Positions 9,316 through 20,815 of a stretch of DNA of 32,000 bases are shown piece by piece. The notes beneath the pieces are model-generated. The model was given only the letters and a program-made list of their open reading frames with translations, ran no database searches and was not told the origin of the DNA. Origin of the DNA: Vibrio alginolyticus NBRC 15630 = ATCC 17749 (GTDB lineage: Bacteria > Pseudomonadota > Gammaproteobacteria > Enterobacterales > Vibrionaceae); contig NC_022349.1 in the NCBI RefSeq assembly GCF_000354175.2, positions 2,700,001 through 2,732,000 on the forward strand. Direction: 5' to 3'. A program made the position numbers and the translations under genes. Each line of letters begins with the position of its first letter. The first letter of the stretch is position 1.

Positions 9316-10579
9316 CCACGATTTCAACAAACGCACTTGCGCGTAGCTCTTGCATCCATGCGCCCGCTTCTTCATTAAATTTACGATTAAATAGAATACG
9401 GTAAGCTTTGTTCTTCATCGCTGAGTCAGTGCGGTCAACTTGGCGACGATCCAACACTTCAACGATATGCCAGCCGTGAACGGTTTTGAACGGTTCGCTG
9501 ATTGAGCCAACTGGCAGAGTTTCTACTTGGTGCTTAAATTCTGGCACGTAAAGATCTGGTGTTTGATAACCTAGTTCACCGTCTTGTGCTGCCGAGCCAG
9601 GATCTTGACTGTATTGTGTTGCCAATTGAGCGAACGTTGCTTCACCGGCTTTGATGCGGCGTACAAATTCATTCAGTTGCTTCTTCGCCCCTTCGTCGCT
9701 CAGAATCACGGTTGGTTTAATCAAAATATGACGCGCATTTACTTCCGTTACCGCAACCGTTTCTAGGCCTTTTACATCCTCTATTTTTAGGATGTGGAAA
9801 CCAACGCCACTACGGAAAGGACCAATAATGCTGCCTTTGTTTTGCATCTTGATCTGATCAGCAAAGATGGTTGGCATCTCTTCTTTACGCATCCAGCCCC
9901 AGTCACCACCTTGTAAAGCTTTAGGACCTTTTGAGTAGGTGTAGGCCATCTCCGTAAAGTCTGCACCTTCGTTTAGCTTTTTCGCGAGCGCTTTAGCTTC
10001 TGCTTCTACAGCTGACTTTTCTTTATCGTCAGAGAAGCGCAGTTGAATGTGTCCAATTTTGTATTGAACAGTCGCATTGGTTTCTTGTGATAGTTGCTCA
10101 GCAAGGCTATCGACCTCTGCTGGAAGGATATTAATACGGCGACGAACCAGTGCATTGCGAGCTTCTGATGCGGCGATTTCCTTACGAATTTGTTCGCGGA
10201 ATTCTGGGTAACTTAAACCTTCACTTTCTACAGAAGCAGCGAGTTGTTCTACCGATTGCTCATTATTACGTGCGATCTCTGCAATCGCTTGGTTTAAACG
10301 GTTGTCGTCAATACGCACACCAATACGGTCTGCTTCTTGGCCTTGCAACGTATCAATGATAAGTTTTTCAACGACTTGTTCTTTTAACACGCTGGTAGAA
10401 GGTAAGCTCTTTCCACTTTGACGAGCGTTGGCTTGCAGCGTTTTCATCGCTGTTTCGATGTCGCTTTGTAGAACTACACCGTCATTCACGATGACCGCAA
10501 CCTTATCGATCTCTACTGGTGCTGCAACCGCTCCGCAAGAGAGTAGGGTCGTGAATAAGATTGATTTCCAAATTTTCAT
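9296..10579 (-). CDS. surA: Periplasmic chaperone / peptidyl-prolyl isomerase SurA
   Basis: A signal peptide, the SurA N-domain and two parvulin domains (GGDWGWM..., GELGYQ...). It sits in the lptD-surA-pdxA context. Confidence 0.93.
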   Translation of the reverse strand: MKIWKSILFTTLLSCGAVAAPVEIDKVAVIVNDGVVLQSDIETAMKTLQANARQSGKSLPSTSVLKEQVVEKLIIDTLQGQEADRIGVRIDDNRLNQAIAEIARNNEQSVEQLAASVESEGLSYPEFREQIRKEIAASEARNALVRRRINILPAEVDSLAEQLSQETNATVQYKIGHIQLRFSDDKEKSAVEAEAKALAKKLNEGADFTEMAYTYSKGPKALQGGDWGWMRKEEMPTIFADQIKMQNKGSIIGPFRSGVGFHILKIEDVKGLETVAVTEVNARHILIKPTVILSDEGAKKQLNEFVRRIKAGEATFAQLATQYSQDPGSAAQDGELGYQTPDLYVPEFKHQVETLPVGSISEPFKTVHGWHIVEVLDRRQVDRTDSAMKNKAYRILFNRKFNEEAGAWMQELRASAFVEIVDDNNDN

Positions 10580-10603
10580 TTAAAATTCCGTCAGTATTTT
10601 TGA

Positions 10604-10633
10604 ATAGGCGTCTTATTCATTTAAGACGCCTAT
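10604..10633 (-). other. 12-bp perfect stem-loop in the lptD-surA spacer
   Basis: ATAGGCGTCTTA ttcatt TAAGACGCCTAT. There is no U-run after it on the minus strand. Confidence 0.4.
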
Positions 10634-10638
10634 TTTGA

Positions 10639-12984
10639 TTAATTGTTCAGATAGAATGGGCGGCCGTACTTAATCGCGTTGTCAGAACCATCCAGTTCTT
10701 TGACAGCAGTGTCTTCACGCTGGTTGGTCGCAAAGCCTTGAATACCGAAGTTAACGCTGAAGTTATTTTCGTATTCAGGTGATGCCCCGGTGCTGCCGAT
10801 AGCTTGGTCTTCCCAACCAAGCAATTGGTTTGAGTAAGTGACGCCAATGTACCAACAGTCAGATTGGTAACGTAGGCTCGCTAACCATTCTAGGTCCGCA
10901 TTTTCATTGAGGTCGTAGTAGTATTGACCACTCGCAGACCAGTTCGGGTTGAACTCGTAGGCCGCTACAATACCTGCTTGAGAAATACCTTTACGAGTAA
11001 TTGTGTCTAGGTTTTCGAGAATGATCGTATCTTCGATGTATTCACGCGTAACGTAGCGATAGTTACCCTGAATAAAGCCGCCGTTGAATTGGTATTCCAA
11101 GGTACTGTTTGCCAACTGCATGGAGCTCAAATCAATATCGTATTGAATTCCACCGTGATAGAACAAGTAATCGTTGTAGTTGAAATCAGCTTCAATCGCC
11201 CATGATGAGTAATTGGTGGTCTCATCCGGAAGATTTGGGCTGTTGCTCAGTTTGGTCTTTTTATCGAAGTAGTAAATCTGACCAAATGAAACGTTAAGAC
11301 GCTCTTTATAGTCATCATCAAAGAAGCGAGTACTCGCACCGTAGCTTAACTGGTTCGCCGAGGCGATTTTATCAATGCCACTGTACTTACGACTGCGGAA
11401 TAGCCCGTAGTAGTCGGTTTGTAGCAAGGTGGTATCGTAGTTGTAGATGTTGGTTTGATCTTCTTCAGGTACGTACAAGTACTGTAGCTGAGGCTCCAGT
11501 GTTTGTGTGTAGCCCTTGATCCAGCTTGTATCTCGCTCTAAGTAAAGTTGCGCATGCGTACGGAACTCAGGAATAACACGAGAAACTTCATCATCCAACT
11601 GGTTTTGCAAGTTTACATCTGTCAAACCCGTTAAGTCTTGAGAGTAATACGTAGAGAGCACACGCGCTTCTGTTGTCCACGTTGCCCATGAGTTTGAGAG
11701 TGGTAATGTAAGCCCTGGTTCAATGTGAACACGGGTCGCATTTGGTCGCGCAGCATCGCTGGTATCGAAGCGGCTCACTTGGCTCTTCACGTCAAAGTTA
11801 AGGTAGTCTCCCCACAACGGCGTGTAGTAGTTCAAGTCTAACTGAGGAAGCAGGCGATAAGGGCGGTTCTCTTCTTTCAATAAGATTTGGAAGTCACGAA
11901 CGGTTAACGAGGCATCCCAGAAGTCAGAACGATATTGTACTTGTCCTTCTTGAACCAGTTGACCATCTTCACGGTTACCAATGTCGGAGTCGAGATCGAG
12001 GAAGTAATCAATATCACTCACTTTTGAGTAATCGACTTTGACTATCCACTGTTTATTGATGATACCGTCGTGTTTAACTTGGTAGCCCCAACGAGACTCG
12101 TCCTGATATTTGCGATCACTATTGAGGTATTCGCCTTTGATTTCCCCATTTCCCCAACCATCTGTTAGGTAGCGGAAATCAGTATCGAGTTTTGTACCAC
12201 GTTGCTGCATATAGAGCGTGGTGAGTGTCATGTCATATTGAGGCGCGATGTTCCAATAGAATGGCACCTCGACTTCCATACCATCACTAGAACCATACGA
12301 TAAAGAAGGGAAGAGGAAACCCGTTTTGCGCGTATCTCCAATTGGCATGGTTAGATACGGCACATAGAAAACAGGCACATCTAACACTTCAAATCGAGGA
12401 TGGTGCAGCGTCGCTGTCTCTTCATCTTGGTCAACATCGATGCCTGACGCAACCAATCGCCATGAATTATCGCCTTGAGGGCACGATGTGATAGAGCCGT
12501 CTTCGAGTTCATAAACCGACTGACCTGTGCGAGCGATATAGGCTGCAGTGCCTCGGCCTTGTTGGCAAAGGAACTGATAATCGGTGTTCTCAAGTGAAAA
12601 CGTATCTTGATTAATGTCGTTAGTAACACGATCAGATCGAGCTTTGACTTGGCCGTCATTGAAAGTCACGTTGCCTTCGGCAACCACGACGTTGTCTTGT
12701 TGGTGCAGCGTTACGCTATCTGCGGTAATTTTCTTCTGGCCTTGGGTGACTTGTACATTACCTGAGTACTGAGCTTTGTCACCATTGATGGCTTGCAGGG
12801 TGTCAGCTTCTACCACTACTGGGGTATTAAGAGCGTCCTCCTCGCCACTTGTATCGACCAAACATTGATCTGTGGCGGGCATTTCCTGCACACTATCATG
12901 GATATTCGCTTCAGCTTGAGTGGTGGGTACAAACAAGGCGGTGCTGATAGAGGCCGCTAAAAATGTGCGGGAGAAATGTTGCAT
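10639..12984 (-). CDS. lptD: LPS-assembly outer membrane protein LptD
   Basis: 781 aa with a signal peptide (…TTQA), an OstA N-domain and a large beta-barrel with alternating aromatic residues. It lies upstream of surA. Confidence 0.93.
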   Translation of the reverse strand: MQHFSRTFLAASISTALFVPTTQAEANIHDSVQEMPATDQCLVDTSGEEDALNTPVVVEADTLQAINGDKAQYSGNVQVTQGQKKITADSVTLHQQDNVVVAEGNVTFNDGQVKARSDRVTNDINQDTFSLENTDYQFLCQQGRGTAAYIARTGQSVYELEDGSITSCPQGDNSWRLVASGIDVDQDEETATLHHPRFEVLDVPVFYVPYLTMPIGDTRKTGFLFPSLSYGSSDGMEVEVPFYWNIAPQYDMTLTTLYMQQRGTKLDTDFRYLTDGWGNGEIKGEYLNSDRKYQDESRWGYQVKHDGIINKQWIVKVDYSKVSDIDYFLDLDSDIGNREDGQLVQEGQVQYRSDFWDASLTVRDFQILLKEENRPYRLLPQLDLNYYTPLWGDYLNFDVKSQVSRFDTSDAARPNATRVHIEPGLTLPLSNSWATWTTEARVLSTYYSQDLTGLTDVNLQNQLDDEVSRVIPEFRTHAQLYLERDTSWIKGYTQTLEPQLQYLYVPEEDQTNIYNYDTTLLQTDYYGLFRSRKYSGIDKIASANQLSYGASTRFFDDDYKERLNVSFGQIYYFDKKTKLSNSPNLPDETTNYSSWAIEADFNYNDYLFYHGGIQYDIDLSSMQLANSTLEYQFNGGFIQGNYRYVTREYIEDTIILENLDTITRKGISQAGIVAAYEFNPNWSASGQYYYDLNENADLEWLASLRYQSDCWYIGVTYSNQLLGWEDQAIGSTGASPEYENNFSVNFGIQGFATNQREDTAVKELDGSDNAIKYGRPFYLNN

Positions 12985-13250
12985 TGAATTGAACTTTCCT
13001 GTGTCACTACTACTCGATGGCTATAGGGCTTGTTGTACCCTAGCGTAATAGCCAAATGAATCAACTATAGTCGCATTTATCCCAGCGTATTGATTCACTG
13101 TGGCATAATGACGACAAAATAGCTGCAAAGATAAGCAGGCGAAATGGCCTAGCCGAAATAAAACTAATTCCATTATCATAAAGGAAATCGTTGCATCCGG
13201 CACTATAAGACCGCCGTCGTCGATAAAAATTCATTGATAGAGAACACATA

Positions 13251-14105
13251 ATGCATATTTTTGGCAAAATTCTGGGTGCCTTTTTTGGCTTGTTACTTGG
13301 CGGGCCGCTAGGTTTACTCTTTGGCTTATTTATTGGCCATCAATTCGATAAAGCACGTCGCTTGAGTCAAGCCGGGTTCTCTACTGGCGGCTTTGGAAAA
13401 GGGCCAAGTCAAGCTCAGCGCCAAGAAGAGTTTTTTAAAGCGGCGTTTGCGGTAATGGGACATGTGGCAAAAGCGAAAGGCCAAGTCACCAAAGAGGAAA
13501 TCCAACTGGCTTCAGCCATGATGGACCGCATGAATTTGCATGGCGAACAGCGTCGCGCAGCGCAAGACGCGTTTCGTGAAGGTAAAGACAGCGACTTTCC
13601 GTTAGAAGATGTTCTTGTTCGTGTGAAAATTTCGACAGCTGGTCGCTTTGACTTGTTGCAATTTTTCTTAGAGCTGCAAATCTCGGCGGCCTTTGCAGAT
13701 GGCTCGATCCACCCGAGTGAACGAAATGTACTACACAAGATTGCACGTGGTTTGGGTTTCTCTTCTGAGCAATTAGAGCGTCGTTTGCAAATGCAAGAAG
13801 CCGCATTTCGTTTCCAAAGCCAGGGCGGTTTTCATGGTCAGCATCAAGGCCAATCTTCAGGTGGTAGCTGGCAACAAGCTTCACAAGCGGATCAGTTGGC
13901 CGACGCGTACAAAATTCTGGATGTGTCTTCAGATGCAGACAGTAAAACCGTTAAGCGTACTTATCGTAAACTGATGAACGAGCATCACCCGGACAAATTG
14001 ATGGCTAAAGGTTTACCACCAGAGATGATGAACGTCGCGAAAGAGAAATCTCAAGAGATTCAAAACGCTTACGATCTTATTAAGAAGGTTAAAGGCTTTA
14101 AGTAG
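13251..14105 (+). CDS. djlA: Co-chaperone DjlA
   Basis: An N-terminal TM helix, a TerB-like middle region and a C-terminal J domain (YKILDVSSDADSKTVKRTYRKLMNEHHPDK). It is divergent from lptD, as in E. coli. Confidence 0.88.
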   Translation: MHIFGKILGAFFGLLLGGPLGLLFGLFIGHQFDKARRLSQAGFSTGGFGKGPSQAQRQEEFFKAAFAVMGHVAKAKGQVTKEEIQLASAMMDRMNLHGEQRRAAQDAFREGKDSDFPLEDVLVRVKISTAGRFDLLQFFLELQISAAFADGSIHPSERNVLHKIARGLGFSSEQLERRLQMQEAAFRFQSQGGFHGQHQGQSSGGSWQQASQADQLADAYKILDVSSDADSKTVKRTYRKLMNEHHPDKLMAKGLPPEMMNVAKEKSQEIQNAYDLIKKVKGFK

Positions 14106-14134
14106 TCGGACGTTTTCTATCAAACATTTGGATG

Positions 14135-14166
14135 TAAAAAAGGGCACTCAGTGCCCTTTTTTTTCA
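14135..14166. terminator. Bidirectional terminator between djlA (+) and the DUF547 gene (-)
   Basis: AAAAAA AGGGCAC tca GTGCCCT TTTTTTTT. Confidence 0.7.
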
Positions 14167-14247
14167 TGTCTTAGTCTTTGAGTTGCCGGTGTCTTTAGCT
14201 TTTGGCCTATTATGTCCCTAATGCTAATTGACCTCACATCCCCCAGT

Positions 14248-15030
14248 TTAGTTGGCTTGATTCAAGTCCCAATCGTATTCGTATTTCACTTTGCCAGAGA
14301 AGTTTTTGTATTGCGGTGCGTACTTTGCGATGTGTTTGAAGATTTGTTTTTCTCCACCAAAGTCCGTTGCAAACCAATCATAAATAGAAGACAGCTGTGC
14401 CGTGTTACCTTGGATAGATACGCCTTTGCTGCTGTTGATAAATGTTTTGGCGGCACTATCCAGTAGAGCTTGCGTGTTGCCAGCAGTGAATGCTTGAGAT
14501 TGCAGATTAGGGCATCCTAGGCTGGCACAGTTAACCGCGTAATGCGTTCTTGGGTCATTCCAAATTGGACGCAAAATTCGATGTTCAATATCGTTTAAAG
14601 TTAGATCCTTCCCATTGACCACGACCACATCGTCTCCCCAAGGACCAAAGCTAAATAAACCACCTAGCTTGGTGATTGATTCGACTGGATAGTTATCCAA
14701 AATAAGATCTACCGTGATGGCGTTGTAAAGGTTTACCCAATAGGCATATTGCTCTGCTTGGTTGTATTGTAGAGGGTCTAGTTTTGCCAAACGCTGGATG
14801 TATTGTTTCAGCTTAGTTTTATCGACAGAGGAGACTTGGCTATAACGAAACAAGGTATTCTCGCCTTGTTCAACTAAATAAGTATCGAGCAGTTGTTGCC
14901 ATTCTTGATGAGAAATTTGGGTTTGGTTGGCTTGATTCGATTGTTTCCAATATGGCCATAAGTCGGATTTAGGCGCGGACAATGTCGAGAAAGAAACCAG
15001 AGCACACAACAGCAATAACAGACGCTTCAT
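14248..15030 (-). CDS. DUF547 domain-containing secreted protein
   Basis: Signal peptide MKRLLLLLCALVSFSTLSA, and the DUF547-type core AYWVNLYNAITV...HYAVNCASLGCP. Confidence 0.75.
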   Translation of the reverse strand: MKRLLLLLCALVSFSTLSAPKSDLWPYWKQSNQANQTQISHQEWQQLLDTYLVEQGENTLFRYSQVSSVDKTKLKQYIQRLAKLDPLQYNQAEQYAYWVNLYNAITVDLILDNYPVESITKLGGLFSFGPWGDDVVVVNGKDLTLNDIEHRILRPIWNDPRTHYAVNCASLGCPNLQSQAFTAGNTQALLDSAAKTFINSSKGVSIQGNTAQLSSIYDWFATDFGGEKQIFKHIAKYAPQYKNFSGKVKYEYDWDLNQAN

Positions 15031-15116
15031 AGAGATACCTTTGAATGAGATATTGTTGATAGTGTAGACCAGTTTAGTGCTTGTTTTCTTTCAGTAATCA
15101 GTGGCCTTTATTCGCT

Positions 15117-15280
15117 GTCATTCCGAGGAGCATAAGCGATATCAGGAATCTAATATCCACAAACTCTTGAGTAAAGACAGTATGAATCTGTACAGTGCGC
15201 TCTGGTAGTCGATCCTGAATCACGCTCCTTCGTCGCTGTTCAGGATGACGAATTTCAACAGAGGCGTTCGGCATTCCGTA
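15117..15280. repeat. Composite hairpin-rich intergenic repeat, copy B (inverted relative to copy A)
   Basis: See copy A. It contains the hairpin ATCCTGAA...TTCAGGAT (15212-15247), plus GTCATTCC and GGAATC modules. Confidence 0.6.
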
Positions 15281-15312
15281 AGCAAAGCGATATGAGATCA
15301 GTCACCCAAAAC

Positions 15313-15346
15313 AAATCAAGGGCCGACAATTGCCAGCCCTTGATTT
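15313..15346 (-). terminator. Terminator after leuD
   Basis: AAATCAAGGGC / GCCCTTGATTT is an 11-bp stem with a 12-nt loop. On the minus strand it is followed by GTTTTGGG. Confidence 0.6.
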
Positions 15347-15365
15347 GTGTATTTACTAACGCGTC

Positions 15366-15968
15366 TTAACGCAAGAAGCTTGGAATATTCGCTTCGTACT
15401 CAGCAATCTTATCTTCGTGTTGAAGGGTTAGGCCAATGTTGTCCAAACCGTTTAGCAAGCAATGACGACGGAACGAATCGATTTCAAAACCATATTCTTT
15501 GCCGTTGGCACGAACGACATTCGCTTCTAGGTCGACCTCGACTTCTGCACCTTCATTTGCCTCAACAAACTGGAAGATTTCATCCACTTCTTGTTCAGTC
15601 AAACGAACTGGCACCATTTGGTTGTTGATCGAGTTGCCGTAAAAAATATCGGCAAAGCTTGGTGCGATCATCGCTTTGATGCCGTAATCCGCTAGTGCCC
15701 ACGGTGCGTGCTCACGAGATGAGCCACAGCCGAAGTTTTCACGAGCCAGCAAGATAGACGCGCCTTGGTAGCGAGGTGCGTTCATCACGAACTCTGGATT
15801 TGGCTGTTCGCCAGCATCGTCTAGGAAGCGCCAGTCATGGAATAGGTGCTTACCAAACCCTAGGCGGGAGACCTTTTGTAGGAACTGCTTTGGAATGATG
15901 GCATCAGTATCAACGTTCGCTGCATCTAGAGGAACAACTAAGCCTGTGTGTTGTTTAAAGCCTGACAT
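15366..15968 (-). CDS. leuD: 3-isopropylmalate dehydratase small subunit
   Basis: 200 aa. ...[21 protein letters not shown]... is canonical LeuD. Confidence 0.95.
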   Translation of the reverse strand: MSGFKQHTGLVVPLDAANVDTDAIIPKQFLQKVSRLGFGKHLFHDWRFLDDAGEQPNPEFVMNAPRYQGASILLARENFGCGSSREHAPWALADYGIKAMIAPSFADIFYGNSINNQMVPVRLTEQEVDEIFQFVEANEGAEVEVDLEANVVRANGKEYGFEIDSFRRHCLLNGLDNIGLTLQHEDKIAEYEANIPSFLR

Positions 15969-15979
15969 TGGTTTGCTCC

Positions 15980-17380
15980 TTAGTCTAGTTCACGAATATC
16001 TACAAAGTGACCAGCAATTGCTGCTGCCGCTGCCATCGCAGGGCTCACTAGGTGGGTACGGCCATCACGACCTTGGCGGCCTTCAAAGTTACGGTTTGAA
16101 GTAGACGCACAACGTTCATGTGGGCCCAAACGGTCATTGTTCATTGCTAGACACATCGAGCAACCTGGTAGGCGCCACTCAAAGCCCGCTTCTTTAAAGA
16201 TAACGTCCAAGCCTTCCGCTTCTGCTTGCGCTTTTACTTGCTCAGAGCCAGGAACGATCAGCGCTTGAACGTGAGGCGCGACTTTGCGACCTTTCGCTAC
16301 TTCAGCGGCTGCGCGCATGTCTTCGATACGTGAGTTAGTACAAGAACCAACGAAGACTTTATCGACGTTGTAATCAGACAATGACTTGCCTGCCTCTAGG
16401 CCCATGTAAGCCAATGCTTTTTCTGCCGATGCCTTTTCTACTGGGTCGGCAAAGCTTTCTGGTGCTGGGATAGGTTGATCTACCGCGATCACTTGGCCTG
16501 GGTTAGTACCCCAAGTGACTTGTGGTTTAATGTCTGCTGCGTTTAGCGTCACGACTGCATCAAACTGAGCATCATCGTCCGTTTTTAATGTCTTCCAGTA
16601 TTCTACTGCTGCATCAAAGTCGGCACCTTGAGGTGAGAATTTACGGCCTTTGATGTATTCGAACGTGGTTTCATCTGGCGCAATCAAACCGGCTTTCGCA
16701 CCTAGCTCTATCGCCATGTTACATACGGTCATGCGGCCTTCCATTGAAAGGTCAGTGATCGCTTCACCACAGAATTCAACCACGTAGCCTGTACCGCCAG
16801 CTGCTGTAGTTTCACCGATGATTGCTAGCACGATATCTTTCGCCGTGATACCCGGAGCCACTTTGCCTTTTACTTCGATCTTCATCGTTTTGGCGCGCGC
16901 TTGTTTTAGCGTTTGAGTTGCTAATACGTGCTCAACTTCTGATGTACCAATACCAAAAGCGAGAGAGCCGAATGCACCGTGTGTAGCCGTGTGCGAGTCA
17001 CCACAAACAATGGTCATGCCCGGTAGGGTAATACCAAGCTCTGGGCCCATAACATGCACAATACCTTGGTATTTATGGTTGATGTCGTAAAGCGTAACGC
17101 CAAACTCTTCACAGTTTTTCGATAGCGTTTCCATCTGGATACGAGCCATCTCACCCGATGCGTTGATGTCTTTGGTGGTTGTCGAAACGTTGTGGTCCAT
17201 GGTGGCAAAAGTTTTGCTGACCTGACGCACTTTACGACCTTTTTCACGCAAGCCGTCAAATGCTTGCGGAGACGTCACTTCGTGTACCAAGTGACGGTCG
17301 ATGTACAAGATTGGGTTTTCCCCTTCTGCTGCGACGGCAACGTGTGCGTCGTAGACTTTTTCGTATAATGTTTTGCCCAT
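15980..17380 (-). CDS. leuC: 3-isopropylmalate dehydratase large subunit
   Basis: 466 aa. [14 protein letters not shown]...[14 protein letters not shown]...VCGDSHT...GSCTNSR are aconitase-family LeuC motifs. Confidence 0.95.
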   Translation of the reverse strand: MGKTLYEKVYDAHVAVAAEGENPILYIDRHLVHEVTSPQAFDGLREKGRKVRQVSKTFATMDHNVSTTTKDINASGEMARIQMETLSKNCEEFGVTLYDINHKYQGIVHVMGPELGITLPGMTIVCGDSHTATHGAFGSLAFGIGTSEVEHVLATQTLKQARAKTMKIEVKGKVAPGITAKDIVLAIIGETTAAGGTGYVVEFCGEAITDLSMEGRMTVCNMAIELGAKAGLIAPDETTFEYIKGRKFSPQGADFDAAVEYWKTLKTDDDAQFDAVVTLNAADIKPQVTWGTNPGQVIAVDQPIPAPESFADPVEKASAEKALAYMGLEAGKSLSDYNVDKVFVGSCTNSRIEDMRAAAEVAKGRKVAPHVQALIVPGSEQVKAQAEAEGLDVIFKEAGFEWRLPGCSMCLAMNNDRLGPHERCASTSNRNFEGRQGRDGRTHLVSPAMAAAAAIAGHFVDIRELD

Positions 17381-17574
17381 TGTTTGCTTCCTTTCCTCAT
17401 CGCCGTTGCCGCAATAACTGCGTTAGCGACACCCGTTTATCCAGTTATTTAGCTTATTTAGCGAACTAAACGCCTTAATATAAATGGGCTTGCTGCCTTG
17501 CTATTGCACCAATGACTTAGAGGAAAGCCATTGGTTGACCGAGGATTTAGTATTTATTATGAATCTGTTTTGTA

Positions 17575-18675
<1,101 letters not shown>

Positions 18676-18748
18676 TTAAGTTTTCTAATTTTGAGCTTAA
18701 TTATTTCAACGAGCGTGTTCTTTCCTGAGCCGTGTAGCCCGGTTGTTA

Positions 18749-20296
18749 TTACACAGTCGCAATCTTTTTCTGCTTCATTTCTTCGATTTTATCTGCACGA
18801 TGAATGCTGTTAATAACGTGCAATAATGCTTGGCCGGAAGCCTCAACGATGTCGGTGGAAACACCCGTACCGTGGTATTTGCGACCTTTGTAGTTGGCAA
18901 TGATGTCTGCTTGACCCAAACCATCTTCACCTTCACCTTTCGCGGTTAGGTCGAATTTATCCAGAACGATGTCGTAGCCTGTCACGCGGTAGATACATTG
19001 GTATAGCGCATCAACTGGGCCATTACCGACCGCTGCTTCACACATTTCTTCATCACCGCATTGCATTTTGATGCTGGTGGTAGCCATTACGCTGCCAGAC
19101 TGCACGCTTAGGTAGCTCAATTTGTAGAAGTCATCTTCTTCACGCAAGTTCGAGAAGTGCATTAGGGCTTCTAGGTCGTAATCGAACACTTGGCCTTTGC
19201 GATCAGCAAGTTTCAAGAAATCCGCATACAGCGCGTCTAGGTTGTACTCGTCTTCGTTGTAACCCATGGTATCCATATGGCTCTTCACGGCAGCGCGACC
19301 GCTGCGGCTGGTTAGGTTCAGAGCTTGGTTTTTTAGGCCAATAGACTCAGGGGTCATGATTTCGTAGGTATTCTTATTCTTCAACATGCCATCTTGGTGG
19401 ATGCCTGAAGAGTGGCTAAACGCATTTGCACCCACAATTGCTTTGTTGCTTTGAATAGGCATATTGCATAGCTGGCTAACCAACTTACTGGTGCGGTGAA
19501 TTTCATCATGCTTAATGCCAGTGTGAACGCCCAAAAACTCTTGACGAGTCTTGATGATCATTGCGATCTCTTCAAGTGAACAGTTACCCGCTCGCTCTCC
19601 AATGCCATTGATCGTGCCTTCTATCTGACGTGCGCCAGCTTGAACGGCGGCAATAGAGTTGGCAACTGACATCCCCAAATCGTCGTGACAGTGAACGGAG
19701 ATGATCGCTTTATCAATGTTCGGAACGCGGTTAAATAGGGTTTCAATAATCCCACCAAACTCACTTGGTACGGTGTAGCCAACGGTATCTGGAATGTTGA
19801 TTGTACTCGCACCTGCATTGATGGCGGCTTCTACCATGCGACATAGGTTGTCGATTGGAGTACGACCAGCATCTTCACAAGAAAACTCGACATCATCAGT
19901 GTAGTTACGTGCATGTTTAACGGCGTTGACTGCCATTTCTAGTACATCGTCGTAGCTGCGGCGTAGTTTGTCTTCTACGTGAATGGTGGAAGTGGCTAAA
20001 AACGTGTGGATACGGAATTGGTCAGCCACTTTTAAGGCTTCAGCGGCAGCATCAATGTCTTTCGCAACGGCACGCGAAAGGGCACAAACTCGACTGTTTT
20101 TTATGTTTTTTGCGATGGTTTGTACAGACTCGAAATCACCTGGTGAAGAGATTGGGAAGCCAGCTTCGATAACATCAACGCCGAGTCTTTCCAGCGCATA
20201 GGCAATCTGCAGTTTTTCTTTAACCGTCAAGCTTGCTGACAACGCTTGCTCGCCATCACGCAATGTGGTGTCGAATATAATGACCTGATCGTTCAT
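18749..20296 (-). CDS. leuA: 2-isopropylmalate synthase
   Basis: About 515 aa from the ATG at 20296, with AGGAAGGAAG upstream. [17 protein letters not shown]...HCHDDLGM. The track start at 20332 is an extension. Confidence 0.95.
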   Translation of the reverse strand: MNDQVIIFDTTLRDGEQALSASLTVKEKLQIAYALERLGVDVIEAGFPISSPGDFESVQTIAKNIKNSRVCALSRAVAKDIDAAAEALKVADQFRIHTFLATSTIHVEDKLRRSYDDVLEMAVNAVKHARNYTDDVEFSCEDAGRTPIDNLCRMVEAAINAGASTINIPDTVGYTVPSEFGGIIETLFNRVPNIDKAIISVHCHDDLGMSVANSIAAVQAGARQIEGTINGIGERAGNCSLEEIAMIIKTRQEFLGVHTGIKHDEIHRTSKLVSQLCNMPIQSNKAIVGANAFSHSSGIHQDGMLKNKNTYEIMTPESIGLKNQALNLTSRSGRAAVKSHMDTMGYNEDEYNLDALYADFLKLADRKGQVFDYDLEALMHFSNLREEDDFYKLSYLSVQSGSVMATTSIKMQCGDEEMCEAAVGNGPVDALYQCIYRVTGYDIVLDKFDLTAKGEGEDGLGQADIIANYKGRKYHGTGVSTDIVEASGQALLHVINSIHRADKIEEMKQKKIATV

Positions 20297-20362
20297 GTTT
20301 GCTTCCTTCCTGATTTCTGCACTTTCGCGCAAGTGAATCGTTTACTTCCAGTATTTAGATAT

Positions 20363-20390
20363 AAAAAAACCCGCATTCTCATGCGGGTTC
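20363..20390 (-). terminator. leu operon attenuator terminator
   Basis: The minus strand reads AACCCGCAT gaga ATGCGGGTT followed by TTTTTTT. It lies between the leader peptide and leuA. Confidence 0.75.
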
Positions 20391-20424
20391 TTAGAAATTG
20401 GTGTGGTTATTTTTCTTCCACAGC

Positions 20425-20487
20425 CTACCCGCGCGAACTGGTCACGATCAGGAGGAGGCTAAGCAGGATAGAAAAATGAGCTGACAT
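20425..20487 (-). CDS. leuL: leu operon leader peptide MSAHFSILLSLLLIVTSSRG
   Basis: A 20-codon ORF with 5 Leu in a 6-residue stretch. It ends 35 nt before the attenuator hairpin. Its last codons (CGC GGG TAG) contain GCGGGT, which is complementary to the 5' arm ACCCGC of the terminator. Confidence 0.7.
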   Translation of the reverse strand: MSAHFSILLSLLLIVTSSRG

Positions 20488-20522
20488 AGTTGTTAAGCTT
20501 TCCACATAATTAAGTTAACAAA

Positions 20523-20551
20523 TTAGTACCGCACTCCATGAAGCGCGTCAA
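20523..20551 (-). promoter_or_regulatory. Candidate leu operon promoter
   Basis: The minus strand reads TTGACG, a 17-nt spacer, then TACTAA, roughly 35 nt upstream of the leader ATG. Confidence 0.45.
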
Positions 20552-20815
20552 CCCTAAAGTCGATTTTTTATTCATATCGGATGAGTCTTTTCGTTTGCTT
20601 GAGAAAAATGATGCACTAAGTGAAACGGCATGATGCGATAGAAACGTGCTAGAAGAAGTAAGTTCTCATCAAGTTTGCGACGTTTCATTACCAAAACAAG
20701 CATCGGGATTGCGACTTGTCACACAAAGGTCCGAATTGTTTGGCAAAAGTTTTGAATGACCATTTATAGTAGTGCAGTTGCACTAGGTAAAAGAAATATA
20801 AGGGTTAGGGAAAGA

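Noticed and set aside
13021-13267. Two minus-strand ORFs (60 and 68 aa) in the lptD-djlA divergent spacer.
   Set aside because: They overlap each other and the expected divergent promoter region. They have no SD and no recognisable sequence features. The region is more likely purely regulatory DNA.
14212-14466. An 84-aa plus-strand ORF overlapping the 3' end of the DUF547 gene.
   Set aside because: It lies opposite a well-supported CDS, begins downstream of the djlA terminator without an RBS, and has an implausible composition.
20246-20479. A 77-aa plus-strand ORF spanning the leuA start and the leu leader region.
   Set aside because: It is antisense to the leader peptide, attenuator and leuA 5' end, which explain this DNA better. 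It has no RBS.
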